Positions 40,440 through 50,101 of a stretch of 64,000 nt of DNA are shown here, piece after piece. The notes under the pieces are model-generated. The model worked only from the letters and a program-made list of their open reading frames with translations. It did not search any database and was not told the DNA's origin. The position numbers and the translations under genes are program-made. The stretch comes from an uncultured delta proteobacterium (GTDB lineage: Bacteria > Desulfobacterota > WTBG01 > CAIYCZ01), in contig CAWDOY010000003.1 in NCBI GenBank assembly GCA_963803975.1, positions 32,001-96,000 of the forward strand, written 5' to 3'. The number at the start of each line of letters is the position of its first letter. Within the stretch, counting starts at the first letter, position 1.

Positions 40440-41099
40440 ATGGCAGATAAAAAGCGCATCCTTATTGTGGAAGACCGTACTATCGTGAGGGAGGGTCTGC
40501 GCCTCCTGGTGACATCAGATGAACAGTACAGTATAGCAGGGGAAGCTGAGGACGGACATGCTGCAATAAAGGTCGCCAGGGAGTTGCAGCCGGACCTTAT
40601 TCTGATGGACCTGAGCATGCCCAGGATGAACGGGATGGATGCAATCAGGGAAATTAAAAAAGTCTGTCCTGCTATAAAAATTCTGGTGCTTACCGTACAT
40701 GATACAGACGAATTTATTATTGCCTCTCTTGAGGCAGGCGCTGACGGGTACATTCTGAAGGATGCCAATAAATCTGAGTTGATGCTGGCTATAAAGAGTG
40801 TCCTGGAAGGTAAACCGTTTTTAAGTCCCGGGATTTCAGAAAAAATAATCAGTGGCTACCTTTCCAGGCAGCGGCCGCAAAAACCAAAAACATCGCTGCA
40901 GGGGCTCACGCACCGCGAGCGCGAAATCCTTAAATTAATTGCCGAAGGCTATAAGAACAAAGCAATCGCTGAACTTCTTTGTATCAGTGCCAACACCGTG
41001 GAAAAACACCGGGAAAACATAATGCATAAGCTGGAGCTGCACAATGCGTCCGGTTTGACGTTATTTGCTATGGAGAATGGAATCATCATGAAAGTCTAA
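40440..41099 (+). CDS. NarL/LuxR-family response regulator
   Basis: REC domain (ILIVED, LMDLSMP, YILKD) and LuxR HTH (LTHREREILKLIAEG). Confidence 0.95.
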   Translation: MADKKRILIVEDRTIVREGLRLLVTSDEQYSIAGEAEDGHAAIKVARELQPDLILMDLSMPRMNGMDAIREIKKVCPAIKILVLTVHDTDEFIIASLEAGADGYILKDANKSELMLAIKSVLEGKPFLSPGISEKIISGYLSRQRPQKPKTSLQGLTHREREILKLIAEGYKNKAIAELLCISANTVEKHRENIMHKLELHNASGLTLFAMENGIIMKV

Positions 41100-42475
41100 A
41101 GCTTCCAGGTCGCACTGATGGTCGTTCCTTCTCCCTCGCCTGAATAGATTTCCAATCCCCCCCCGGACAATTCAACCCGCTCCCTCATGCTGATAAGCCC
41201 GAAGCCATTCTGTATGGTTGGATCAACACTCATGCCGGGCACATCAAACCCCCTGCCGTTATCTTCAACAGAAAGATTGATCCTGCTGTTATGCTGAGCC
41301 AAAGAAATAGTGATGTGATTAGCATTACTGTGTTTGGCTATATTGGTGAGCGACTCCTGCAATACCCGATAAATAACTATCTTTAAGTGATTGGGCACCA
41401 ATTCTTCACGTATGTTTATTTGTTGCTCTATTGCTATCCCGACATAGGTCTTCTGGTATTCTCGACAGAACCAGGAAATGGTTGCGATGATGCCCAGCTG
41501 GTCAATGCTGGCAGGACGCAGCGAAACTGATATTTTCCGCGCTTCCGACAGGGTGTTCTGGATGAGATGAACAACGCGGTTCAACGAAGCAAGGCTGTCG
41601 CTGGAATTGCCTTTTTCAATGAGATCCTGTGCATTCTCAACGCTGAACTTAATGGCAGTCAACCCCTGACCCACCTCATCGTGCAGCTCACGGGATATGC
41701 GCTGTCTCTCTTTTTCTCCTGCCTGCATTAATTGTGTCGAGAGAAACCGGAGACGTGCTGTTGATGCATTCAATGCCCGCTGGGTGAATATGATAAAGAA
41801 AATGGTAACAGCAAAGATGAGGCTTGCTGATACCCGGGCAACCATTATTATCTGCCTTGATTTGCGTTTGACAATGCTATCCAGTATCTGGATTGTATCA
41901 GTCAGCTCGGCAATAAAATAGCGGTTCAGAGAAGAGACCATGTATTCAATGTCAAAGGTCAAATCAAACAGCAGAATGTACTCCATGCTCTGGCCACGCC
42001 GCTCCATCTGATACATCAGCTCATGGAGCAGGCTTCGCTTCTCGGTCTGCGCTTTCTGATCTGCCTGGGTCAGGTATTCATCAAAACTGAACGTCACCGA
42101 CTCGATACGCGGCTTGATGATATACCAGAGATTCCCCGTGCCCTCGACTTTATTTTTCAGGTCTGCATTTATCTGCGTCAGATTTTTAACAATATCAGAC
42201 TGCATGAAGTCCTTAAGATCATGGTCAAATGTTGAGATTGAGCTTATCCAGCGCTGGCGGGCAAAAGAGAGATCATTGGCAATCAGCAAATCTTTAGTAG
42301 AGCTGACCAGATCATTCCAGGCTTTGAGCAGTTCATGTGCCTGGGTATTTTTTTGCGACAGCCGCTTTGTTTCAAAGTCATAGTACTCGAAAAGGCTGAT
42401 AATACTGCCAAAGCTCAGCAACAGCACAATAATGACTGATGAAGGCTTGGAAATAATGTGTGGCAGTCGTCTCAT
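41096..42475 (-). CDS. Sensor histidine kinase, HisKA_3 type, with periplasmic helical domain
   Basis: Two TM helices; ERQRISRELHDEVGQ, QESLTNIAKHS, EDNGRGF and GLISMRER motifs. Confidence 0.93.
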   Translation of the reverse strand: MRRLPHIISKPSSVIIVLLLSFGSIISLFEYYDFETKRLSQKNTQAHELLKAWNDLVSSTKDLLIANDLSFARQRWISSISTFDHDLKDFMQSDIVKNLTQINADLKNKVEGTGNLWYIIKPRIESVTFSFDEYLTQADQKAQTEKRSLLHELMYQMERRGQSMEYILLFDLTFDIEYMVSSLNRYFIAELTDTIQILDSIVKRKSRQIIMVARVSASLIFAVTIFFIIFTQRALNASTARLRFLSTQLMQAGEKERQRISRELHDEVGQGLTAIKFSVENAQDLIEKGNSSDSLASLNRVVHLIQNTLSEARKISVSLRPASIDQLGIIATISWFCREYQKTYVGIAIEQQINIREELVPNHLKIVIYRVLQESLTNIAKHSNANHITISLAQHNSRINLSVEDNGRGFDVPGMSVDPTIQNGFGLISMRERVELSGGGLEIYSGEGEGTTISATWKL

Positions 42476-42509
42476 AGTGCGGGGTATCTACAGTTCAGAA
42501 TCTTCTGTT

Positions 42510-43922
42510 TCAATGGCCCTTTTCCATCAGATAGCGTATGGTAAACAGGTCTTCGCTCAGGTTCGGCATATTAAGCATGATATGATGGTCAAAGATGCTG
42601 GTATGTTTATTAATGATATCCAGTATGAAGGGATTCCAGTAGTTCAGTTCTCCATTTGCCGGATTCCATCGCCAGCACCAGTCCCATAATTTCCACAGCC
42701 GCCCGTTCTGGTCATAAAACATCTCCTGCTGCAGCGCGAAGGTTTCCCTGTCAACATACCAGATACGGGTACCATACAAATACGATGACTCTTTGTAGGT
42801 AATTTTCACTACCCAGACCGGACGGCGCTCCCACCAGTATTGCTGGCACCAGCCACCATATTTTGCCTGGTACTTAATGGGCCGGGGATTGAAAGAAGGG
42901 CACAGCACTATTGCCTTCCCCAGCAGCTGATACTCTGCCGGGTGCGCTGATAGTTTACTCCAGTAGCCTTTCCAGTCCTCCCAGGAGGCATCAGAGCTCA
43001 CCAGCGGATCCTGGGTATTGCTTCCGGAAAGTCTCCGAATCCTGCGCATGGATGGAATATAGGAGATGAAAGAGTCTTCTGCCCCGGAATCTTTAAACCG
43101 GGTCCGCACCGCAGCATATCCTTTTAAATCATAGGGGTAGAGCGCGAGTATGGATCCTTTCTCATAGATTCCCTCAAATCCCGGTATGGTCGGAAAAGGA
43201 TCCAGTTTGATGCGCCCCGCATAGTTCTGCCAGTGAAGTTCGATTTTTTCGACGCGCTCGCGTTTTCCATCCCTGCCGTACAGGCCGATGGACATGGGCA
43301 TGGAATTAAGATTATCTCCCATGACCGTGAGTCTATCATAATTATGAACAATATCGATTGCAGTGGCAGGAAACGGAAACGGAATCCCTGCCACCCATCC
43401 TTCCAGTTCACCCTTTTGATTGGTTCTGCAGGAGGCTGAGTATCTCTTCGTTGCTTCCAGAAAGCCACGGTCATTCCAGGCATGGGTGGTGGGAACTATT
43501 ATCATCTCCAGCGGGCTGAAATTATAATTCGTAAAAGTTCCGGTGCCGGTCAGCCGGTCCACTTCCCAGTCAAAGCCGAAAGGGAAAAGCTCCCGCAGCT
43601 CTTTTTCATATTTCGCAATATTTGCCGGGGTAATGACCAGTCCCGGCTTGATGTGCGGGGCTTTTGTATCTTTTGCCACAAGATCAACGGCATTATATCC
43701 CAGAAAGTCCTCCCACTCTTTACCCAGCCTTATTGCTTCAGGGGTACTGAGTGTCTCAGCCCACTCGATGAAGACCGGGTCTTTTGACGCATTCGCCCAC
43801 GTGCGCCACTGCTGTACCCAGTGCGGATATTGATTTTCAGAATCCTGAGCATCGAGCGGTGCAATAAAACAGAGTGTAATAATGCAGGCAGCTATACAAT
43901 GGTTAAAATATTTATTGATCAC
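42510..43922 (-). CDS. DUF1329 periplasmic protein, paralog 3
   Basis: Signal peptide; collinear with and very similar to paralog 2; 34-nt gap to the kinase gene. Confidence 0.88.
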   Translation of the reverse strand: MINKYFNHCIAACIITLCFIAPLDAQDSENQYPHWVQQWRTWANASKDPVFIEWAETLSTPEAIRLGKEWEDFLGYNAVDLVAKDTKAPHIKPGLVITPANIAKYEKELRELFPFGFDWEVDRLTGTGTFTNYNFSPLEMIIVPTTHAWNDRGFLEATKRYSASCRTNQKGELEGWVAGIPFPFPATAIDIVHNYDRLTVMGDNLNSMPMSIGLYGRDGKRERVEKIELHWQNYAGRIKLDPFPTIPGFEGIYEKGSILALYPYDLKGYAAVRTRFKDSGAEDSFISYIPSMRRIRRLSGSNTQDPLVSSDASWEDWKGYWSKLSAHPAEYQLLGKAIVLCPSFNPRPIKYQAKYGGWCQQYWWERRPVWVVKITYKESSYLYGTRIWYVDRETFALQQEMFYDQNGRLWKLWDWCWRWNPANGELNYWNPFILDIINKHTSIFDHHIMLNMPNLSEDLFTIRYLMEKGH

Positions 43923-44470
43923 CGTTAATCCCCCTGACTGTATGGTACTGTGAGAGCACCATTTACACAGGTCAAAAGATATTTTAGCTACGAGCTGTGG
44001 ACCCCGTCTTTATGTTTATTGTATGTGGGACTGGCCAAACAGGGCAATATATTTATCAAGAGGGGAAGAGTCATCCGGGCGAGACCTGGTGCGCTATGGA
44101 GTAAGAAAAGCTTCCCTCTCTCATTATCTCCCGCAGTCCAAATATATTGGACTGTACTGAACAAGTCAAGTCAAGTTACGGAAAACACCCGCTCCGTTTC
44201 TGCTGTAAAAAAAATTATCAATTATCCTTGTTTCGCCATTAATAAAAAAGAAAATTCGCTGGTCCCTGCAAACAGGAAAGATATAATGTATATTGATAAA
44301 AATACCTATCACCAACGAAATGAAACAATAGAAGTATCCGGGAAAAGCAAATTAATTTTGCTGCTCGTAAGTAATGAGTGACGTTTTTTCCATTGGACAG
44401 GGATTAGCAATCATGTTAAAGATTTTGCAGAAAAAACGAATCCCTAACGTTGATTCACTCCTCTCTGCCC

Positions 44471-45325
44471 ATGAAGACTATCGGTATTATTGCTAAAAAA
44501 GGCCGCTCTGAAGCCAGGGAACTGACAAAACAGATATGTTCCTGGTGCGCGGAACGGGGCCTGTCCGTCTATATTGAGAAAGACTTAAACATTATAACAA
44601 ACCAGGCGCAGCGGGTAGATCCTCTCGACCTCATTCTATCTGTAGAAGCAGTTGTGGTGCTGGGGGGTGACGGGACACTGCTGAGCGTTGCGCGCATCCC
44701 GGGGAGCGAAAAAGTTCTCATCGTCCCCGTCAACCTTGGCGGACTCGGGTTTTTAACTGAAATCCGGGCGGATGAGATATTTAACCTGCTGGAACTGATT
44801 ATTTCCGGCAGGTATACCATTGACAGCAGGATGCTTTTAGAGGTGGTGCTGATCAGAAACGGGACGCCGCATGAAACGTACCGGATCTTAAATGATGTGG
44901 TGATAAACAAGGGCGCGATGGCCCGCATTATTGATCTCGAGACCACTGTTAACGCGCAATATCTTAACACCTTCAAAGCAGATGGGCTGATAATCTGCAC
45001 CCCGACCGGATCAACCGCCTATTCACTGTCAGCAGGGGGCCCGATCATTTATCCGTCGTTGCGCTGTATTTCCATTACACCCATCTGTCCGCATACGCTG
45101 ACCAACCGGCCGATCATACTGCCTGACGACAGTGTTATTCAGATCCGTTTGCAGTCAGAGCATGAAGATGTGTTTCTCACCATGGACGGCCAGATCGGCA
45201 TCCGGCTGCAGAAGGATGACTGTGTGGAAGTGCGCAAATCAGGCAGCGCGATGGCTCTGGTTAAATCGCCGTTCTGCGATTATTTTGAAGTGCTCAAAGA
45301 AAAACTGCGCTGGGGGGAGCGATAA
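44471..45325 (+). CDS. nadK: NAD kinase
   Basis: GGDGTLL, LNDVV and DGLIICTPTGSTAYSLSAGGP motifs. Confidence 0.95.
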   Translation: MKTIGIIAKKGRSEARELTKQICSWCAERGLSVYIEKDLNIITNQAQRVDPLDLILSVEAVVVLGGDGTLLSVARIPGSEKVLIVPVNLGGLGFLTEIRADEIFNLLELIISGRYTIDSRMLLEVVLIRNGTPHETYRILNDVVINKGAMARIIDLETTVNAQYLNTFKADGLIICTPTGSTAYSLSAGGPIIYPSLRCISITPICPHTLTNRPIILPDDSVIQIRLQSEHEDVFLTMDGQIGIRLQKDDCVEVRKSGSAMALVKSPFCDYFEVLKEKLRWGER

Positions 45326-45334
45326 GAAACCAAC

Positions 45335-47110
45335 ATGTTGCGGGACCTGTTCATAAAGGACTTTGCAATCATTGATTCTCTCCATCTTTCTTTCCCGGAA
45401 GGGCTTAACGTCCTCTCAGGAGAAACAGGGGCGGGCAAATCAATAATCGTCGGCGCGCTGAACCTGCTGCTCGGAGGCCGGGCATCAGCTGACCTCATCC
45501 GCACGGCACAAGACGAAGCGGTGGTCGAAGCTGTGTTTGATCTTGAAGCATGTCCTGAGACCCGGCAGTGTCTTGAGTCGTGGGGCATTGACAGCGTTCA
45601 GGACCAGCTCGTCATCCGGCGCATTATCTCACGCTCAGGAAAAAATAAAATACTCATCGGCGACCGCCTCGCTACCATGCAGATGCTCTCACAGCTCGGC
45701 GGATCGCTGATTGATATATCGGGGCAATACTCCCAGCAGCTCCTCCTGCAGACTGAAAACCATCTGGACATTCTTGATACCTACGGCAGCCTGCTGCCGC
45801 TGCGCAGCACCTACCAGGAACGTTTTAACCTTTTTAATGATACGCACCGGGAACTGACCGGGCTCAAAGAGCTGGAGAAGAATAAAGCGCAGCGCCGCGA
45901 GCTGCTCTTGTTTCAATATGACGAGCTTGACAAAGCACAGCTGCTGCCGGGGGAGGAAGAAGAATTACTGAAAGAGCGGCAGATCCTTGCCCACGCAGAA
46001 AAACTGTATGAAAAGACCTATGGTGTCTATGCAGCGCTGTATGAGGCGGATGTTTCTCTGCTGGGTCATCTTAAAAAAGCTTTAGGCTCAGTTGAAGAAG
46101 CTGCGGCTATTGATGCTGCACTGAGCCCGCAAAAGGAAAACCTCAACTCTTTGATCATCAATCTGGAGGATGTAGCGCTTTCTCTTCGCAGCTATGCGGA
46201 AAAGATACCTCTGGACAGCGGCAGGCGTGAATGGGTTGAGAACCGGCTGAGTGACCTGCAGCGGCTAAAAAAGAAATACGGGAAGCCCGCGGCTGAACTG
46301 ATATCCTATCAGCAGGAAATTCAGCAGGAACTGAATGCGCTCCAGGGAAGCTCGCAACGGATAGACACTATAACAGAAGAGCTGAAAAGAGAAGCTCAGC
46401 TACTGTGGAAGCTGGCTGAAGAGATTTCACTCAAGCGGCAGCAGGCTGCTCAGAAGCTGAAGAAGTTCATCGAGCAGGAGCTTGCAACCATCGGCATGAA
46501 AAAGACCGGGTTTTTTACCATGGTGCAGAAGGTTGAACGCCCTGCATCTGAAGATGCTTCCTGCGGCCTCGGGGGACTTCATGCCCGGGGCATGGATACG
46601 GCAGAGTTCTATATTGCTCCCAATGTGGGAGAAGAGCCGCGGCCGCTGTCGAAAATTGCCTCCGGGGGGGAACTCTCGCGCATCGTGCTGGCCATAAAAA
46701 AAATACTGGCCGGGCATTACCGGGTAGGCACGCTCCTTTTTGATGAAGTTGATGCAGGGATAGGCGGCGCTGTAGCTGAGTCTGTCGGGGAAAAGCTGAA
46801 AGAAATTTCCCGCACCCATCAGGTGCTCTGTATTACCCATCTGCCCCAGATCGCCTGCTTCGGTATGGCCCACTTCAGTGTGCGTAAATGCATACAGGAC
46901 GGCAGGACCGTGACCTCGGTGCAACTGCTTGATGACGATGAGCGTCTTGATGAGATCACCAGGATGCTTGGCGGGAAAAATATCACCGAGAAGACCAGGG
47001 CGCATGCACAGGAAATGCTGAAGGGAGCGGCAGGTAGAAAGGCAATAGGCACAAAGGCACCCGCCTTCGCTGGCGCTTCTGCGCGGCACAGAGGCACAAA
47101 GAAAAGTTAA
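45335..47110 (+). CDS. recN: DNA repair protein RecN
   Basis: GETGAGKS, ASGGELSR, FDEVDAG and ITHLPQ motifs; follows nadK. Confidence 0.96.
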   Translation: MLRDLFIKDFAIIDSLHLSFPEGLNVLSGETGAGKSIIVGALNLLLGGRASADLIRTAQDEAVVEAVFDLEACPETRQCLESWGIDSVQDQLVIRRIISRSGKNKILIGDRLATMQMLSQLGGSLIDISGQYSQQLLLQTENHLDILDTYGSLLPLRSTYQERFNLFNDTHRELTGLKELEKNKAQRRELLLFQYDELDKAQLLPGEEEELLKERQILAHAEKLYEKTYGVYAALYEADVSLLGHLKKALGSVEEAAAIDAALSPQKENLNSLIINLEDVALSLRSYAEKIPLDSGRREWVENRLSDLQRLKKKYGKPAAELISYQQEIQQELNALQGSSQRIDTITEELKREAQLLWKLAEEISLKRQQAAQKLKKFIEQELATIGMKKTGFFTMVQKVERPASEDASCGLGGLHARGMDTAEFYIAPNVGEEPRPLSKIASGGELSRIVLAIKKILAGHYRVGTLLFDEVDAGIGGAVAESVGEKLKEISRTHQVLCITHLPQIACFGMAHFSVRKCIQDGRTVTSVQLLDDDERLDEITRMLGGKNITEKTRAHAQEMLKGAAGRKAIGTKAPAFAGASARHRGTKKS

Positions 47111-47330
47111 AGGTGAAGAGGTGAAGTGAGGTGAATGGGTGAAGAGGCCCCTCGACCGTTCGGCAGGCTCACGGCAGGCAGGCTCGGGGCAGGTAAAGAG
47201 GTAAAAAGGTGAAAAGGTCAAAGGGTTAAAAAATGAAGAGGTAAAGAGGATTAACCTATTGGCCTTTTAACCTATTATACTATTCACTATCCACTGTTCA
47301 CTATTCACTGATTTAGAGTGAATGAGGAAA
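47040..47330. repeat. Low-complexity 7/8-mer tandem repeats with embedded REP-like palindromes
   Basis: GGCACAA/GAG, (AGGTGAAG)n and (TATTCAC)n arrays; CCCGCCTTCGC...GCTTC and CCCCTCGAC...GCTCGGGG stems. Confidence 0.65.
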
Positions 47331-47338
47331 TAGATTAA

Positions 47339-47854
47339 ATGAAAAACGTGAAACGTGAAAAGAGAAAATCAGGCGGGCTGACCATACGGAAGGCGCGCAT
47401 TGGCGATATAAAAAATATACATACAATACTTTCAGCCTACGCAACAGAGGGAACGGTGCTGCCGCGGTCCTTGAGCGAGCTGTACGACCAGCTGCGGGAT
47501 TTATTTGTTTCCATAGACCCTGCAGACGGAGCTATTGCCGGTACCTGTGCCATGCATATCTGCTGGGACCGGATCGCCGAGATTCGCTCGCTTGCGGTAG
47601 TGGCTGACTGCCAGCGCGTTGGAATCGGCACCGAACTGGTGAATGCCTGCATTCAGGAAGCCCGGCAGCTGGAGGTGGAGCAGATATTTGTGCTGACCTA
47701 TGCTGCGAAATTTTTTAAGAAATTCGGGTTCAAGAAGGTTGATAAGGCGGTGCTTCCGCATAAAGTGTGGTCTGATTGCATGAAGTGCGTTAAATTTCCG
47801 GACTGTGACGAAGAAGCATTGCTTCTGGATCTCACCAGGAATAAACAGACGTAA
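47339..47854 (+). CDS. argA: Short GNAT amino-acid N-acetyltransferase (ArgA-like)
   Basis: LPRSLSELY, AEIRSLAV, LTYAAKFF and LPHKVWSDCMKCVKFPDCDE motifs. Confidence 0.8.
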   Translation: MKNVKREKRKSGGLTIRKARIGDIKNIHTILSAYATEGTVLPRSLSELYDQLRDLFVSIDPADGAIAGTCAMHICWDRIAEIRSLAVVADCQRVGIGTELVNACIQEARQLEVEQIFVLTYAAKFFKKFGFKKVDKAVLPHKVWSDCMKCVKFPDCDEEALLLDLTRNKQT

Positions 47855-47875
47855 AAAAAGTAACCAGCCTCCTGG

Positions 47876-49255
47876 TTACTTCCCGATACAGAAGCTCGCG
47901 AAAATTCTCTCCAGGATATCATCTGCCGTTGTCTCGCCGGTTATCTCTCCCAGCGCCTGCAGGGCTGCATGCAAATCAATTGCAATAAGCTCGGGTGCGA
48001 TGCTTTCGTGGACTGCCTGCTGCGCAGACGTTACAGCAGCTGTGGTTCTCACCAGGGCATCCTGCTGCCGGGCATTGGTAATGATACTGTCAGCTGCACT
48101 GCTGTGGGGAAACGAAAGCACCGTCTGATAAATAATATCCTGCAATTGGTCAATACCGCTGCCGCAGCGGGCTGATATTGACACCGCGGTACAGGGTAGA
48201 AGCTTTTGAACATGCTCCGTACTGACTGCCGGAGCAAGATCTTCCTTATTGAGTACTGCGATGACCTGCCGGTTGCTTAGTTCGTTTATGATTGCCTGGT
48301 CACGCTCATCAAGCTGCCGGCTAGCGTCAATAATAAACAGGACCAGTTCAGCCTCTGAGAGCCGGGCCCGGGTCAGTGCCATGCCCAGCTTTTCGATTTC
48401 ATCATTTCCTGCATGCAGACCTGCGGTATCCTGAAGGACGAGCGGAATGCCCCGGACGCTGATGGTTTCCTGGATAAAGTCGCGGGTAGTGCCCGGGACC
48501 GGGGTTACCAGCGCGCGGACCTCTCCCAGGAGTGCGTTGAGGAGGCTTGATTTTCCCACGTTCGGTTTTCCAACAATGATGGTCTTCACGCCCAGGCGAT
48601 ACAGCTTTCCTTCGTTATAGGTTGCGCTGAGCGAATTCAGCTCCTCCCGTATGCCGGCAAGCTTGTGTTCAGTCTCCCGGGCACCATGAAGGTCAATATC
48701 CTCCTCGGGGAAATCGATCGATGCTTCCAGATGTGAGGTAATATCTATCAATGCATCCCGCAGCGCGTGGAGTTTAGCTGAAAGACCGCCCTGAAGCTGC
48801 GATGAAGCAATTTTAAGGCTTGCCTCGGTTTTTGCTTCAATAATGTCGATGACAGCTTCTGCCTGGGCCAGATCTATGCGGCCGTTTAAGAATGCCCGCT
48901 TGGTAAATTCCCCCGGCTCAGCAGGGCGCGCGCCACTCTGTATGACCAGCTCGAGAATCTTGCGCAGCACCGTCAAGCCGCTGTGGCAGTTTATCTCGAC
49001 AACATCTTCGCGGGTATAGGAACGGGGTGCCAGCATGCAGGTTAAGAGCACCTCATCGATCGAGGTGCCGTCCTGCGGGTCAACAATGGTGCCGTAATAA
49101 AGGCGGTGTGATTGAGGGGCACGGGGATCAAACGCAGCAGAACGGAACAGGGCGGAAGCGACCTTTACGGCATCAGGGCCGCTGATCCTGATGATGCCAA
49201 TGCCACCCGCACCGATTGGGGTGGCTATGGCAGCGATGGTGTCTTCAAGGTACAT
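47876..49255 (-). CDS. mnmE: tRNA modification GTPase MnmE
   Basis: DTIAAIAT, GKPNVGKSS, DTAG and FCIGK motifs. Confidence 0.97.
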   Translation of the reverse strand: MYLEDTIAAIATPIGAGGIGIIRISGPDAVKVASALFRSAAFDPRAPQSHRLYYGTIVDPQDGTSIDEVLLTCMLAPRSYTREDVVEINCHSGLTVLRKILELVIQSGARPAEPGEFTKRAFLNGRIDLAQAEAVIDIIEAKTEASLKIASSQLQGGLSAKLHALRDALIDITSHLEASIDFPEEDIDLHGARETEHKLAGIREELNSLSATYNEGKLYRLGVKTIIVGKPNVGKSSLLNALLGEVRALVTPVPGTTRDFIQETISVRGIPLVLQDTAGLHAGNDEIEKLGMALTRARLSEAELVLFIIDASRQLDERDQAIINELSNRQVIAVLNKEDLAPAVSTEHVQKLLPCTAVSISARCGSGIDQLQDIIYQTVLSFPHSSAADSIITNARQQDALVRTTAAVTSAQQAVHESIAPELIAIDLHAALQALGEITGETTADDILERIFASFCIGK

Positions 49256-49402
49256 AAATATGGTTTATGTTTTACAAGAATGAATAGAGCACACAACACG
49301 GGTGAAGCCAATGGCGTAAAGGGTTCAATAGGTTAAAAGGGGTCAAGGGTTCAAGTAAATCTGATTAACCTTTGTGCCTGTTGCCTCTTGCCTATTGCCT
49401 TT

Positions 49403-50101
49403 TTACATTTTCACCGATTTCGCTTCCTGCCGCGGGGCAATGATGACTTTTTTCAGCAAACCCTCACCCTTGCTCCAGGTGGTAAGCTCTGTATCTTTTT
49501 GGAGGGTGAGGTGGATGATGCGACGCTCGGCAGGGTTCAGCAGGTTGGTGGTCACCGGGCCGCCTCTTTTTTTTGCCTTATCGCCGAGCTTCACGGCCAG
49601 GTTGGCCAGAGACTCATCGTGCCGTGCGCGGTATGCTTCAGAATCAACCGTAACCGGGACAGCATCAGCGCCATAGCGCACCTTGATTTTATTAATCAGG
49701 TACTGCAGGGCATCCAGCGTCTGTCCCTGGCGGCCGATAAAGATGCCGCTGCCATCCCCGATGATGTTCAATACGATCCCCTCATCACCATCGTGCGCAG
49801 CAACGGAAGCGTCGGGGTTTATATATCTGACAATTGTTTCCAGTACTTCCTGCAGCTTGCCTTCAGCATCAGCATTGCTTGCACTTGCACCGGCAGCGGA
49901 TGGTACTGATCTTGCTGCCGGCTTTGCCGGTATACGCGTAGCACGTATGCGTGCTTTTCTGCCTGACATGAAGGCAAAGATTTTATTCGGTGCTTCCTGC
50001 AGTACTTCAATGGTAAGATTTTCGTGCTTGGTTTTCAGCTCTTCGCAGGCAATGGTTATTGCTTCTGCAATGCTTTTGGCTTCGATTTCGATTGAGTCCA
50101 T
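49403..50101 (-). CDS. jag: Jag/EloR (KhpB) KH-R3H RNA-binding protein
   Basis: IGRQGQTLDALQYL and ERRIIH motifs; operon position. Confidence 0.93.
   Translation of the reverse strand: MDSIEIEAKSIAEAITIACEELKTKHENLTIEVLQEAPNKIFAFMSGRKARIRATRIPAKPAARSVPSAAGASASNADAEGKLQEVLETIVRYINPDASVAAHDGDEGIVLNIIGDGSGIFIGRQGQTLDALQYLINKIKVRYGADAVPVTVDSEAYRARHDESLANLAVKLGDKAKKRGGPVTTNLLNPAERRIIHLTLQKDTELTTWSKGEGLLKKVIIAPRQEAKSVKM

Noticed and set aside
43950..44381. 143-aa ORF on the + strand
   Set aside because: No motifs, AT-rich, lies in a divergent promoter region; probably non-coding.
46427..47221. Long antisense ORFs (also 58491..59276 and 62637..63383)
   Set aside because: Shadows of recN, macB and the GH57 gene with no independent motifs.
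47110..47330. CRISPR array
   Set aside because: Units are 7-8 nt and degenerate, with no unique spacers and no cas genes.
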